A DNA stretch of 63,898 bases, the filler included, from Choristocarpus tenellus KU-1152 (Eukaryota > Protista > Phaeophyceae): NCBI GenBank assembly GCA_964200185.2. It is 9 parts of 9 records of this genome, joined end to end, with 100 filler letters (N's around TTAATTAATTAA, not from the genome) between each part and the next. Parts side by side here need not be neighbours in the genome. Positions count along the whole stretch, not along the records: positions 61,297 to 63,898 come from CAXNAD020026374.1; 8 more parts are not named here. One strand, written 5' to 3'. Shown piece by piece: positions 63,405 to 63,898 of the stretch (positions within the stretch are counted from its first letter, which is position 1; the number at the start of each line of letters is the position of its first letter). A program made the position numbers and the translations under genes. The notes beneath the pieces were generated by a model. The model did not search any database, was not told the DNA's origin, and saw only the letters and a program-made list of their open reading frames with translations.

Positions 63405-63898
63405 GTCTGCTACACTGAAGCTTTAGCTTTAACGTTAATCTACCTTCCTCTTCCTTCCCCTCGTCAAACTTACCACCCACCATTTTTACCGAACGCTCCA
63501 TAAGCTTACCTCCAAGGGATGTCTAGCTCTAATCCTCAGGACTATAGATGACACGGATGCACGTACAAGGCTCCCAGGATACTCCGACAGTCAACAGGTC
63601 CAACGAGCTTAACGGATGTCAGGTCAGCAGAACAAGGTACTTTATCCATCACTAATCTATCGTCTTACACACATTCTCTTGTTAGCTACATAATCTATTC
63701 TTCACTCGTCCTAGTAGCAATATTTGGTGTGTACAGTACTTCAAAGCATCTCATCATGTGAACAAGGAAATAGTGAACAAGCAACAGTGAATGAGGGGAG
63801 GTTGCACGGTCCCCTCAAACCACTCACTATTTGTTACAGGCGCCCCTCAATGCTCACCTTCCAGGATGTACAACTCAAATCCAACGACCTTAAAACGA

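Overview
Intron-rich eukaryotic nuclear DNA from a flagellated stramenopile, most likely a brown alga (inferred from a SIG1/OCM-type mastigoneme gene, an outer-arm dynein, TTAGGG repeats and the transposon types). The window is nine unrelated contigs joined by artificial N-TTAATTAATTAA-N linkers, so adjacency across linkers is meaningless. Spliced genes reconstructed by hand: NDUFA5, a multi-module EGF/mastigoneme protein, an S33/monoacylglycerol-lipase-like hydrolase (partial), a complete 236-aa 'lipoyl-only' PDH-E2-like protein, DPM3 (partial), a PX-domain protein, a DNAH5/8-like dynein heavy chain fragment, an RPEL-repeat protein, a NEF1-like polytopic membrane protein and tRNA-Lys(CTT). 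Mobile DNA: two decayed Ty1/copia elements, a zinc-finger pogo-like transposase start, and two related MITE families (12 copies or ends) sharing CAAAGTATCT termini. One MITE insertion shows a frame-restoring 4-bp target duplication, and one family-A end may belong to a larger element carrying a ParB/DGQHR-like ORF. Best candidates for new biology: the catalytic-domain-less lipoyl protein with a distinctive C-terminal motif, and the MITE/large-element system. All family assignments come from motif recognition, not database searches.
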